Part shown: positions 40,269-47,848 of the stretch, piece by piece | How positions within the stretch are numbered: position 1 is the stretch's first letter | Layout: every line of letters begins with the position of its first letter | NCBI GenBank assembly: GCA_015064445.1 | Contig: SVSE01000001.1 | Span: forward strand, 344,924-408,923 | Direction: 5' to 3' | Origin: Oscillospiraceae bacterium | Lineage (GTDB): Bacteria; Bacillota; Clostridia; Oscillospirales; CAG-272 | DNA length: 64,000 nt | The notes under the pieces: generated by a model | Databases searched by the model: none | What the model was told of the DNA's origin: nothing | What the model saw: only the letters and a program-made list of their open reading frames with translations | Made by a program: the position numbers and the translations under genes

Positions 40269-40773
40269 GGATTGAGATTATTTTTTGAAGCTTGTTTATC
40301 AAGCCTTTATATGCATAGATTTCCACCTCGAAATCATCTCCAACAATCACGACACGTGGAGGCACAATATATTTTCTTCGTGCATATTCCATCTCAAATT
40401 TAATTCCCAAATAACGAAACTCTGTAATGTCAGAATAATTTACGCTTCCGTTTGTCCTAACACGACGCATTTCCTTGCGTTTTTCATTTGCAAGAAAGTT
40501 AATCTGAGAGTTGAAAAAATATAATTTATCCTCCCCTATGATATATGATATTTTTCGACAAGCTATCAATAAAGCAACAGGCAACGCCATCCAAACAACA
40601 ATAAGAAGTCCGATAATTACACCTCGCCCTTCTCTTGGTGGAACACTTGCAGAGGTAACTATGGCTAAAATTAAAAATGGTATCGAAAAAATCGCTGAAA
40701 TGCTAAAAGAGGGAGAACGATGCTTTTCTCCATGAACGTTTTTAGGGTTTAAATTTTTATCAACTACAAGCAT
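40252..40773 (-). CDS. hypothetical 2-TM membrane protein
   Basis: ATG with GGTGGTG RBS, two hydrophobic helices, own promoter. No recognisable domain. Confidence 0.5.
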   Translation of the reverse strand: MLVVDKNLNPKNVHGEKHRSPSFSISAIFSIPFLILAIVTSASVPPREGRGVIIGLLIVVWMALPVALLIACRKISYIIGEDKLYFFNSQINFLANEKRKEMRRVRTNGSVNYSDITEFRYLGIKFEMEYARRKYIVPPRVVIVGDDFEVEIYAYKGLINKLQKIISIQKDLK

Positions 40774-40794
40774 GTTTTCACCACCTTTATATAT

Positions 40795-40823
40795 ATTCTA
40801 TCACAAAGCAATCGTTTTTTCAA
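40795..40823 (-). promoter_or_regulatory. promoter of ORF 40252-40773
   Basis: Minus strand TTGAAA, 17-nt spacer, TGaTAGAAT. Confidence 0.45.
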
Positions 40824-40914
40824 CGCGTTTTTCAAGGTTGATATTTTGTGATGGCACCGAAGATGGAACCATATCTTTGAAAAAGATTTGTTCTCGCCTT
40901 TGGTGGTCCAAGAA

Positions 40915-40940
40915 AAAAAGACCTCAAATGAGGTCTTTTT
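40915..40940. repeat. 26-bp perfect palindrome (12-AA-12), terminator-like; copy 2, at the GC-content jump
   Basis: AAAAAGACCTCA-AA-TGAGGTCTTTTT, 73 nt downstream of the last cargo gene. Confidence 0.7.
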
Positions 40941-41013
40941 TCTTGCGAAAGACCGCGCAAACGGTGCGTAAACGAGTTAAGAAAAGTGATGTGATGCGTA
41001 AAATGTCGCCACT

Positions 41014-42495
41014 TTACACGTATCCTACCTTCGATACGCCGATTACGCCTCTGCGCAGAAATGTTATCTCGATCTGCTCCGGTGTGAATTGCTCTGGAGT
41101 GAATTGCGCGAATTCAAACTGCTCGGGCTGGAATTCCTTATATTCGAATTTCTCGTATTCGAAAATCTCAACGCCGATTTCCTTCAGCACCTCATCTGGC
41201 AGCGTGTAGTCCTGTTCTACCAAACCGAACATCGTGAAGCCAGAGTCAACGCAAAATGCAATGACAACCTGCTTACCAACGCTGTATGCGACGCTGCCAA
41301 CAACGGATCCTACCAGACTGCCTACCAAATATCCGAATACGGGTATTTCGATAAACGCCTGCGATATACCGCCGCCTATCAATGCGCACGCTGCAACGAA
41401 AGCGTCTCTTGTAAGTTCGTCCGCAAATTCGCGTCCTGTCTTTTTGCCTCGCGCTATCTGTATAGCGTTGCAAATGGCATTAACCGCGACAACTGCGATT
41501 GCTGCAACCACGTGCGGATTGAAGTCCTTCGCTGCTTCTCCGAGCAATCCTGATTTACAAAATCCCACTGCTGCTGCCGATATTGAGCCGACAAGGAATC
41601 CCTTTGCTGCGCCTGAAACGGCCGCTACGCCGGTTGCCTTAACCTGCTCGATATCCAATTCGCCTGTCTCGATTAAGTATTGTATCGTTTTTATAATTTC
41701 TGGTGTCGCTTTTAATACCGCCGATATAACCGCTGCGGTCATACCCGCCTTCATTGATTTATTGAAAACGTCTTTGAGCTTCACCCACTGTTCTGTGGTC
41801 AATCCCCATTTTTCTGGATTGAACTTTCCATCACGCAATTCGACCGCCATCTCTTTTGAGCCGGCACGGTTCATCTCCTGCGATCGTACACCGTCAGCCG
41901 TCTCTATGCGCTCTGTGCCGTGGTCGAGCATTCGCTGGTCGCGAGCAACGAGTTCCGGTCTTGCCTCGGCATTACCTGCCATTCGCTGAAACGCAAATTT
42001 GCGAGCTTCCTCTAATTGTCCTTCGGGAATAAGTGCGCCCATATCTCCGTACACAGGATCGTGTTCGCTGACCTGTCCAGAACGAATCAACTCCGCTGCA
42101 GTCGTCGAGCCGCTGCGCGCTGCTTCTCCGAAAGTGATATCCTGATACTTTGCGCTTAATTCTGCGGTGGCACCGTATTTTACTTGCCACATTTCGCCTG
42201 TCGATTCGCGGACAACGTCTGGTGTGCCAAAGCCCGTAGAACGTGGCACAACAAAATCGGGTGTCAGCCCTTTGACCGCTGCGTCTATGTTTGCAGTGTC
42301 AGCGTGCCAGAACTCCATCACGTCGCCACTCAAAAAATCAATGCCTTTGGCGCTGCCTTCGAACGCTTCCAAATGCTCGATGGCCTGTTCTATCTGTTCG
42401 CTGATACCGTCAACCCATATTCCAGTCAGTTCCGCTACTGCTGCTCCAGGTGCGTGATGCAAGTAGAATTCATATCCTTCTCTTACACCTGCCAT
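41014..42495 (-). CDS. hypothetical membrane protein: ~270-aa soluble N-domain, glycine-zipper TM region, C-terminal F-x-PEQ repeats (cargo gene 12)
   Basis: GGGGAG RBS. Gly/Ala-zipper helices (GVAAVSGAAKGFLVGSISAAAVGF, GYLVGSLVGSVVGSVAYSVG). PDVV...WQVKYG stretch. 3-nt gap to the upstream gene. Confidence 0.6.
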   Translation of the reverse strand: MAGVREGYEFYLHHAPGAAVAELTGIWVDGISEQIEQAIEHLEAFEGSAKGIDFLSGDVMEFWHADTANIDAAVKGLTPDFVVPRSTGFGTPDVVRESTGEMWQVKYGATAELSAKYQDITFGEAARSGSTTAAELIRSGQVSEHDPVYGDMGALIPEGQLEEARKFAFQRMAGNAEARPELVARDQRMLDHGTERIETADGVRSQEMNRAGSKEMAVELRDGKFNPEKWGLTTEQWVKLKDVFNKSMKAGMTAAVISAVLKATPEIIKTIQYLIETGELDIEQVKATGVAAVSGAAKGFLVGSISAAAVGFCKSGLLGEAAKDFNPHVVAAIAVVAVNAICNAIQIARGKKTGREFADELTRDAFVAACALIGGGISQAFIEIPVFGYLVGSLVGSVVGSVAYSVGKQVVIAFCVDSGFTMFGLVEQDYTLPDEVLKEIGVEIFEYEKFEYKEFQPEQFEFAQFTPEQFTPEQIEITFLRRGVIGVSKVGYV

Positions 42496-42498
42496 ATT

Positions 42499-43050
42499 TT
42501 ACTCCCCAAGGAACGCCGTCAGCCCGTCCATGTACATTATTGTTGCCAGCAAAGTATATTGCTGCTTTTCCGCGTCTTTGCTGCGGAATATATCACCGAC
42601 GCGATTATACATTCCAACGAAGAAATTCTTTTCATTCGGGCTGTATTGCATATCGAATTTTTTCTCAAAGTGCTTTGAGTATTGTTCGCAGAGTTCTTGG
42701 AATCGAGCCATATTATCTTTGTTAAGCGACGCTGCGTCTACGTACATAAACGCCTGCGTACCAAGCCAGCCGTAATGCATGCCTGCCTCGCAGAAGGTAT
42801 CTGCAACATTTTCACGCATCGTTTTTGCAGTGCGGCTGTTGCCGATGAAAAGAACGTACTGCGCAGACGACAGTTTCGGTCTGTTGTTTGCGTATTCTTT
42901 TTCACTCCAAATATTCGCATCCAGCTCGCCATCTTTGGTGCCTGTCTGCGCGCCATCTGTATCATCATTGCCACTAATCATTTGCAAAAGATAATTTGCC
43001 GTCGCTTCTGTGGCTTTATCGTAAACTATAATAAGTTTTTTCTTCACCAT
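42499..43050 (-). CDS. hypothetical cytoplasmic alpha/beta protein, possibly divergent TIR/DUF1863-like (cargo gene 11)
   Basis: GGGAGGG RBS. LIIVYD...IWSEKEY...YVLFIGNSRTAKTMRENV pattern. No P-loop. Confidence 0.55.
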   Translation of the reverse strand: MVKKKLIIVYDKATEATANYLLQMISGNDDTDGAQTGTKDGELDANIWSEKEYANNRPKLSSAQYVLFIGNSRTAKTMRENVADTFCEAGMHYGWLGTQAFMYVDAASLNKDNMARFQELCEQYSKHFEKKFDMQYSPNEKNFFVGMYNRVGDIFRSKDAEKQQYTLLATIMYMDGLTAFLGE

Positions 43051-43065
43051 ATCGGTTGCCCTCCC

Positions 43066-44079
43066 TTAAAGCACTGTCGCGAGTGCTTTTGCTACCTCGC
43101 TCCTGATATTGTCGTTTTTGTATGCGTACCAAATCAGATGGTCAAGTTCGTGATTATTCAACACGCCGACCTTGTCACGAAGTGCGCTGAATATTGTATA
43201 AAATTCTATGTAGCTGAGTTCTTCAAAGTTTTTCCCAAACCACAATTTTTTGTCGATTTTGTAATATGCGAGATAATACGGCATAATTGCGCGCACCACG
43301 GAATCGTTGATTGTATATGCGCAGCCGCCGTACAGCCACTCATTTAAGTAGCGGCACATTTTGCTTGCCAAGCTCTTATCTCTGCGGCTGTTATTATCAA
43401 CCAAATGCTGCAACAGAGCATCGACAAGGTATTCGTCTCCTGCCGCTATTCTTTCGAGAAATTTATTGGCGGGATCCGCGCAATATTCCGCGAGAAGTGT
43501 CATCGTTTCTTTCGATGTTCTTGTAGAGTTTTCCGTTGCGATTCGGTTTATAATATCGTAATACGCTTTTGCGGAGTAATCACCAGCATTGAAGTATTGC
43601 TCCATGATGGCTTTACCTTTTGACTGATACGCTGGGTCTACAGCTATGCACGCTTCTACGATATCCGAATTGTGCTTGTTGAGACAAACCATCAAGAAAT
43701 TGTCGGTTTCTAAATCAACGAGGTTGTGCGGTACTGTTAACAGCAGCTCCTCATCGAAAGATTTCGGCACTGTTCTGTGCTGCATGCGGTTCGCTGCGGC
43801 GGTTTGCTTGTTTGTTACAACAGTGATGCCGCGCTTCGTAAATTCAACCCACCTTTCCTGCAGGTTAATTGCGCTGACTACATATCCTGCGTCGAGCCAT
43901 CCTTTTTGAAACGATGTAACGTGAATCGTCGTGCAGTTCGCCCATGCGGGTCTATCAACGTATGCCGAATTAGGAAGCGTTATAATATTATTCAGATCAT
44001 CGAATGTAAAATGCACTGTATCTGTACCATGCTCCTGCAGCCATGCTGTTAGAGCGGCGTATTTACTAATTCGTGCCAT
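43066..44079 (-). CDS. hypothetical protein with DUF7662-like N-terminal module and helical C-terminal domain (cargo gene 10)
   Basis: KYAALTAWLQ...VHFTFDDLNNII.LPNSA...RPAWAN...WLDAGYVV...VEFTK. C-terminus contains SLASKMCRYL...YTINDSVV. AGGAGG RBS. Confidence 0.55.
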   Translation of the reverse strand: MARISKYAALTAWLQEHGTDTVHFTFDDLNNIITLPNSAYVDRPAWANCTTIHVTSFQKGWLDAGYVVSAINLQERWVEFTKRGITVVTNKQTAAANRMQHRTVPKSFDEELLLTVPHNLVDLETDNFLMVCLNKHNSDIVEACIAVDPAYQSKGKAIMEQYFNAGDYSAKAYYDIINRIATENSTRTSKETMTLLAEYCADPANKFLERIAAGDEYLVDALLQHLVDNNSRRDKSLASKMCRYLNEWLYGGCAYTINDSVVRAIMPYYLAYYKIDKKLWFGKNFEELSYIEFYTIFSALRDKVGVLNNHELDHLIWYAYKNDNIRSEVAKALATVL

Positions 44080-44287
44080 GCTTTGCCTCCTTTATTTTAC
44101 GGCGTACTTCCTGATAACGCGCCTTTGTCGCTTCGTATTTTGCTTGCGCTTCAGCGAGCTTTTCTTCTCGTGTTTTACGCGGTTTTACTTTTTGTTTTTT
44201 CGGTCTGTTAAAGAGCCAAACGAAAAGAGCAGCCAGACACACGGTGTCTGCTAATTCCTTTATACAATCGCAGTCGTGCTTTTTCAT
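44066..44287 (-). CDS. small membrane-anchored basic coiled-coil protein (cargo gene 9)
   Basis: GAGGAG RBS. Hydrophobic VCLAALFVWLF followed by a Lys/Arg/Glu-rich helix. 14-nt overlap with the next gene. Confidence 0.5.
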   Translation of the reverse strand: MKKHDCDCIKELADTVCLAALFVWLFNRPKKQKVKPRKTREEKLAEAQAKYEATKARYQEVRRKIKEAKHGTN

Positions 44288-44394
44288 CTCTGCTGCTCCT
44301 CTTATTATAACATATTTTTGCGATAATTTCTATCCGTATATGGCACTTCGTGGGGTTATTTTCGTGTTTTCGCTATTTTTATGCAAAGCAATCG

Positions 44395-44910
44395 TCACAG
44401 AAACGCTTTTTCAAGGTCTATATCCAAACCGAACTCTACCAAATCCGCATCACGAACAAGTAATTCACTCTTTATGATATCGGCAATTTCATAATAGGCA
44501 AGCTTACGGCCGTTTTGAAAATCGTCTTTGCTTTCATTAGCGTCGTCGATTGATTCAAACGCGCGCTCAAGCACCCTCGCTATTATGTACTTATAAGCGT
44601 CAATCGACATAGTATCATACTTTTTAAATTCTACCGTAGGACGCTCTGGCGTAGCCCATTCTGCCCACGCGTAATACGTCGACCACTCATCTGACACATT
44701 ATCCTCGTGCCACTCTTTTTCAAAATCAGCGCTTTTATTTGCGGGAATCAACCACCCCATCAAATCTTCGCCTTCATATTCGTCGTTTTCAAAATCGCGG
44801 CCATCGCCAGCGTCAAGATAATAAACGCAGCCTTGCTGCTGGGCAGTCTCTTGTACGATTTCAAAGTATTTGATAAATTTTTCGCTTTCATTAGTTTTTA
44901 ATCCCAGCAT
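44395..44910 (-). CDS. hypothetical acidic cytoplasmic protein (cargo gene 8)
   Basis: ATG with RBS. Asp/Glu-rich. No recognisable motif. Confidence 0.5.
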   Translation of the reverse strand: MLGLKTNESEKFIKYFEIVQETAQQQGCVYYLDAGDGRDFENDEYEGEDLMGWLIPANKSADFEKEWHEDNVSDEWSTYYAWAEWATPERPTVEFKKYDTMSIDAYKYIIARVLERAFESIDDANESKDDFQNGRKLAYYEIADIIKSELLVRDADLVEFGLDIDLEKAFL

Positions 44911-44966
44911 ACCATCACCGCCTTATCTTATTGAATAGTCCTTTTTTATCACCTTGCATTTTGTAT

Positions 44967-45170
44967 TTATTTTTTGAATATGTCCCAAATGCTGAACGAC
45001 GTTTTATTGTAAACCTTGTTATACGCCGCTTTCTTCGGGCTTTTTATCCATCCAACGCCTTTTTTACCGTATCCAGGTATCAGCGCCTTCTTAATGCTGC
45101 GTTTCGCCCGTCCAGTTGTCCTTGCGCGCAAAGAGCGTTTCAGCGAGGGCGTTCTCAATCCAAATTTCAT
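44967..45170 (-). CDS. small highly basic protein (cargo gene 7)
   Basis: GGTGG RBS. 67 aa, dominated by Lys/Arg (GLRTPSLKRSLRARTTGRAKRSIKKAL). Confidence 0.5.
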   Translation of the reverse strand: MKFGLRTPSLKRSLRARTTGRAKRSIKKALIPGYGKKGVGWIKSPKKAAYNKVYNKTSFSIWDIFKK

Positions 45171-45184
45171 TACTTACCACCTTT

Positions 45185-45331
45185 TTATCCGCTGCACTGA
45201 CCGAGCAGCGTGAGAAGTGCGATTATTATTATAACCACCCAAAATCCGCCGGAACAGCCCATTCCGCCGCCTCCGCTTCCTCCGCCACCGCTGGTGCTTT
45301 TGAAAGCGTGAAAATCATTTAAGTCTGGCAT
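45185..45331 (-). CDS. unlisted 48-aa Gly-rich single-TM miniprotein (cargo gene 6)
   Basis: My own translation is MPDLNDFHAFKSTSGGGGSGGGGMGCSGGFWVVIIIIALLTLLGQCSG. AAGGAG RBS 8 nt upstream. It fills the gap between its neighbours exactly. Confidence 0.45.
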   Translation of the reverse strand: MPDLNDFHAFKSTSGGGGSGGGGMGCSGGFWVVIIIIALLTLLGQCSG

Positions 45332-45343
45332 GGTCTTTGCTCC

Positions 45344-45658
45344 TTATATGAAACTGACGCCCATGCTTGCCAAGCTGATGACGGTGCCGATCAACGAAAC
45401 GACGAGGTAAAGCACCTTGCCGCCACGCGCTCCAAACCAAATGCCGAATCCTGATGCCACCAACATAATTGCGCCTGTGATAAAGTACGGTGATGTCAGG
45501 TATTCTTCCACCATATACTTTACGCACTCCCAGAGCCACGGGAAGAACGCTACCAGTGTCTGCCAGATGACTTCCCACATTGCTCCGAGTGCGCTCCAGC
45601 CGCACACTGCAAGCACCAGCGCAGAAATTGCGCCGAGTTTAACTAATGTTTTTGTCAA
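45344..45658 (-). CDS. small 3-TM membrane protein (cargo gene 5)
   Basis: TTG start preceded by AGGAGG at 6-nt spacing. Three hydrophobic helices. Confidence 0.55.
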   Translation of the reverse strand: MTKTLVKLGAISALVLAVCGWSALGAMWEVIWQTLVAFFPWLWECVKYMVEEYLTSPYFITGAIMLVASGFGIWFGARGGKVLYLVVSLIGTVISLASMGVSFI

Positions 45659-45671
45659 TTAAATCCTCCTG

Positions 45672-46361
45672 TTATTTTTTATCGTATGTTATAGTAATCT
45701 TTTTGCATTGAATTTTTATGTAGCCAATATCGAAAATCAGCTGCGTTGCATCGTGACGTGCTGGATAGCAATTAAAATCCTCAATCCACGTACACTCTGG
45801 ATCTATCGACCGCGCTGTGAATTCTATCACGTCTTCGAATACGAAAGTCGCAAAGATACCATCATACTCTAACCGCAGCGTAGCCGTTTCCTTATCCTGT
45901 GTAACCGCTATAAATTTACTGTCGTGGAATTGAAAATCTGACGAATCATCCCATCCTGTAATGTACGTACAGGATTTTTCATAATTGCTCGAACAGCAGT
46001 TGTCAAATTTGTACGCGTAATAGTCATACAAATCTTGCGCCTGCTTATACTCCTCATCGGTCGGCTTCTCATCCGTATCCATAGCGGCTTTATATGCCTC
46101 CAAGCACGGTTTAAGGTAGCGATTCAACACTGTATAAAGCTGCTCATGGTGCTGATACTCCCACGCCATCATATGCAAAATGCGTCCGTACCACAGCTGG
46201 CGCTTTTCTTTTGCGTTCTCCGCGTGGTAGTATGCAAACCAGAGATGATAATATCCTTTTTTATCATCCCTTGACCAATATCCTGTGCCTTTAGGGCACC
46301 ACAGACAAAACCGCGCTGTGTTGTAGCTATCAATAATGTCTTGCCATGATACGTCTGTCAT
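45672..46361 (-). CDS. hypothetical protein, DUF4085-like C-terminal half (cargo gene 4)
   Basis: Start set to ATG 46361 (AGGAGA RBS). C-terminal FHDSKFIAV...LRLEY...FVFEDVIEF...TWIEDFNCY...IKIQCKKITI pattern. Confidence 0.5.
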   Translation of the reverse strand: MTDVSWQDIIDSYNTARFCLWCPKGTGYWSRDDKKGYYHLWFAYYHAENAKEKRQLWYGRILHMMAWEYQHHEQLYTVLNRYLKPCLEAYKAAMDTDEKPTDEEYKQAQDLYDYYAYKFDNCCSSNYEKSCTYITGWDDSSDFQFHDSKFIAVTQDKETATLRLEYDGIFATFVFEDVIEFTARSIDPECTWIEDFNCYPARHDATQLIFDIGYIKIQCKKITITYDKK

Positions 46362-46378
46362 TGTTTTTCTCCTGTTTA

Positions 46379-47014
46379 TTAGCTCAACGCCTTCTTTGCC
46401 CACTCGATATCAACCACAAAGTCTGCGTCGCCTACTGCATCAATATTTGCTGCAAATTTCTGACGAATTTTGTCGTAAAGGTCGTTAGGAACGCCGCAGC
46501 TCAACGGCTCATCTGTCATAAATTGCAACGACATCTCTCCGTCCTGATCAATCATTACGTACACCGCTGTAATTTCTTTATCTGGGAACTGCTTTGCTGC
46601 ATTTGCCAGATACATCAATTTAATAATTTCGATTACGCGATCGTCCAGCTCGTTGTTAAATATAATGGCTTTTTCGCGCAGAGCGTTTTGGTCGCATACT
46701 ACACGCTTCTTATAATCATCCATCTTTACGGGCAGCTTTTCTTCCATTGCAATCAGTTCTTCTATCGTGGATTCAACCGCCTCGGGACGCACGAAATATA
46801 CCATCGCCTTATTCGTCATATCGTGATACAGAATATCGTATGAAAGATTGCTCTGGTGTCCGCATTTTTCACAATGGAAGCGGAACAATGTACCGTCAAG
46901 CAGCTGCTGCTTTGCGTCGGGATCTATATCACCGTTTAAGCTATCCCAAATTGTAATCTCGCATTCCTGCCCGCATTCAGGGCATTTGATTTTTTCAATA
47001 TGTTCCTTTGACAT
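46379..47014 (-). CDS. CpXC-domain protein (cargo gene 3)
   Basis: Two CPxC-type knuckles (KCPECGQ, HCEKCGH) at the N-terminus. AAGGAGA RBS. Confidence 0.6.
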   Translation of the reverse strand: MSKEHIEKIKCPECGQECEITIWDSLNGDIDPDAKQQLLDGTLFRFHCEKCGHQSNLSYDILYHDMTNKAMVYFVRPEAVESTIEELIAMEEKLPVKMDDYKKRVVCDQNALREKAIIFNNELDDRVIEIIKLMYLANAAKQFPDKEITAVYVMIDQDGEMSLQFMTDEPLSCGVPNDLYDKIRQKFAANIDAVGDADFVVDIEWAKKALS

Positions 47015-47026
47015 TTCTTTTCTCCT

Positions 47027-47848
47027 TTACAATGTAATGCTGCCTGCTTCTTTACCGTCGATGGCAAAGTTGAACAACGTACCCTTGCACACAGCTGCAA
47101 AGTAACCGGTCTTTGCGTACTCCGCTGCATAGTTCTTTTCGATAATTTCCAGTGTCTCGCGCAGCTGAAGCATTGCTGCGAATTCGTGCTTGCAGTTGTA
47201 GCTGCAGAAGCAACCGCAAATTAGCTTGCTTATCATACCACCTGCGTATTCGAATTCTACCTCGTATGCTTCGGTGCCTTCTACGATCGCATATCCCTTT
47301 GTACCATCAATACAGATATAGCGCACGCGATTTTCTATGTAGTATTCGTGTCCGCGCTCTGCGATTTCGCTGCTTATCTTCATGTCCTTGAGATTGTCAA
47401 GTGCGAATGCGCCTTCGTCGCTGGTGCCGCTTACATACTCCTCATCCTCTGCGTCCGGTGCCTTAAACCATGTGCGCGCCTTGCACTGCGGCAACGCCTC
47501 ACGGTCGAATGTTACGAAATGTGATCCTGCTAAATGGAACGTACCGTGTACGTCGGTGTCCACCAGAGCGATGACGCGCTGATACTTTGACAGCTTAATC
47601 TTAAAATTGTATGCCACATCTACAACGCGGCCGCGCAAGCCTTCCAGCTTACCGTCAACATAAACGAGGTCTCCACGACGCAAATCGAACTTATCGTTGT
47701 AATAAGCTAACGTCATGTTGCGCGTCGGGAAATGAATTTGCACCACAGACTTTTTCGCTTCGTTGCTGCGCGGTGCCGTAATGACGGGCGCAGATTCAAT
47801 TGTGTCTTCTTCAGATATTGCAGCTGTAAAGCCTATCTTGTACTTCAT
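47027..47848 (-). CDS. SWIM zinc-finger protein (cargo gene 2)
   Basis: C-x-C-x(n)-C-x-H signature in LICGCFCSYNCKHEFAAML preceded by GYAIVEGTEAYEVEF. N-terminal beta-rich domain. Confidence 0.6.
   Translation of the reverse strand: MKYKIGFTAAISEEDTIESAPVITAPRSNEAKKSVVQIHFPTRNMTLAYYNDKFDLRRGDLVYVDGKLEGLRGRVVDVAYNFKIKLSKYQRVIALVDTDVHGTFHLAGSHFVTFDREALPQCKARTWFKAPDAEDEEYVSGTSDEGAFALDNLKDMKISSEIAERGHEYYIENRVRYICIDGTKGYAIVEGTEAYEVEFEYAGGMISKLICGCFCSYNCKHEFAAMLQLRETLEIIEKNYAAEYAKTGYFAAVCKGTLFNFAIDGKEAGSITL

Noticed and set aside
40772-41209. 145-aa plus-strand ORF spanning the host/element junction
   Set aside because: It crosses the palindromic terminator and overlaps the 3' end of gene 41014-42495. 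It has no RBS and a low-complexity translation.
45315-45605. 96-aa minus-strand ORF overlapping the 3-TM protein gene in another frame
   Set aside because: It has an Arg/His-rich translation and no RBS. The alternative frame (45344-45658) has an AGGAGG RBS and clean TM helices.
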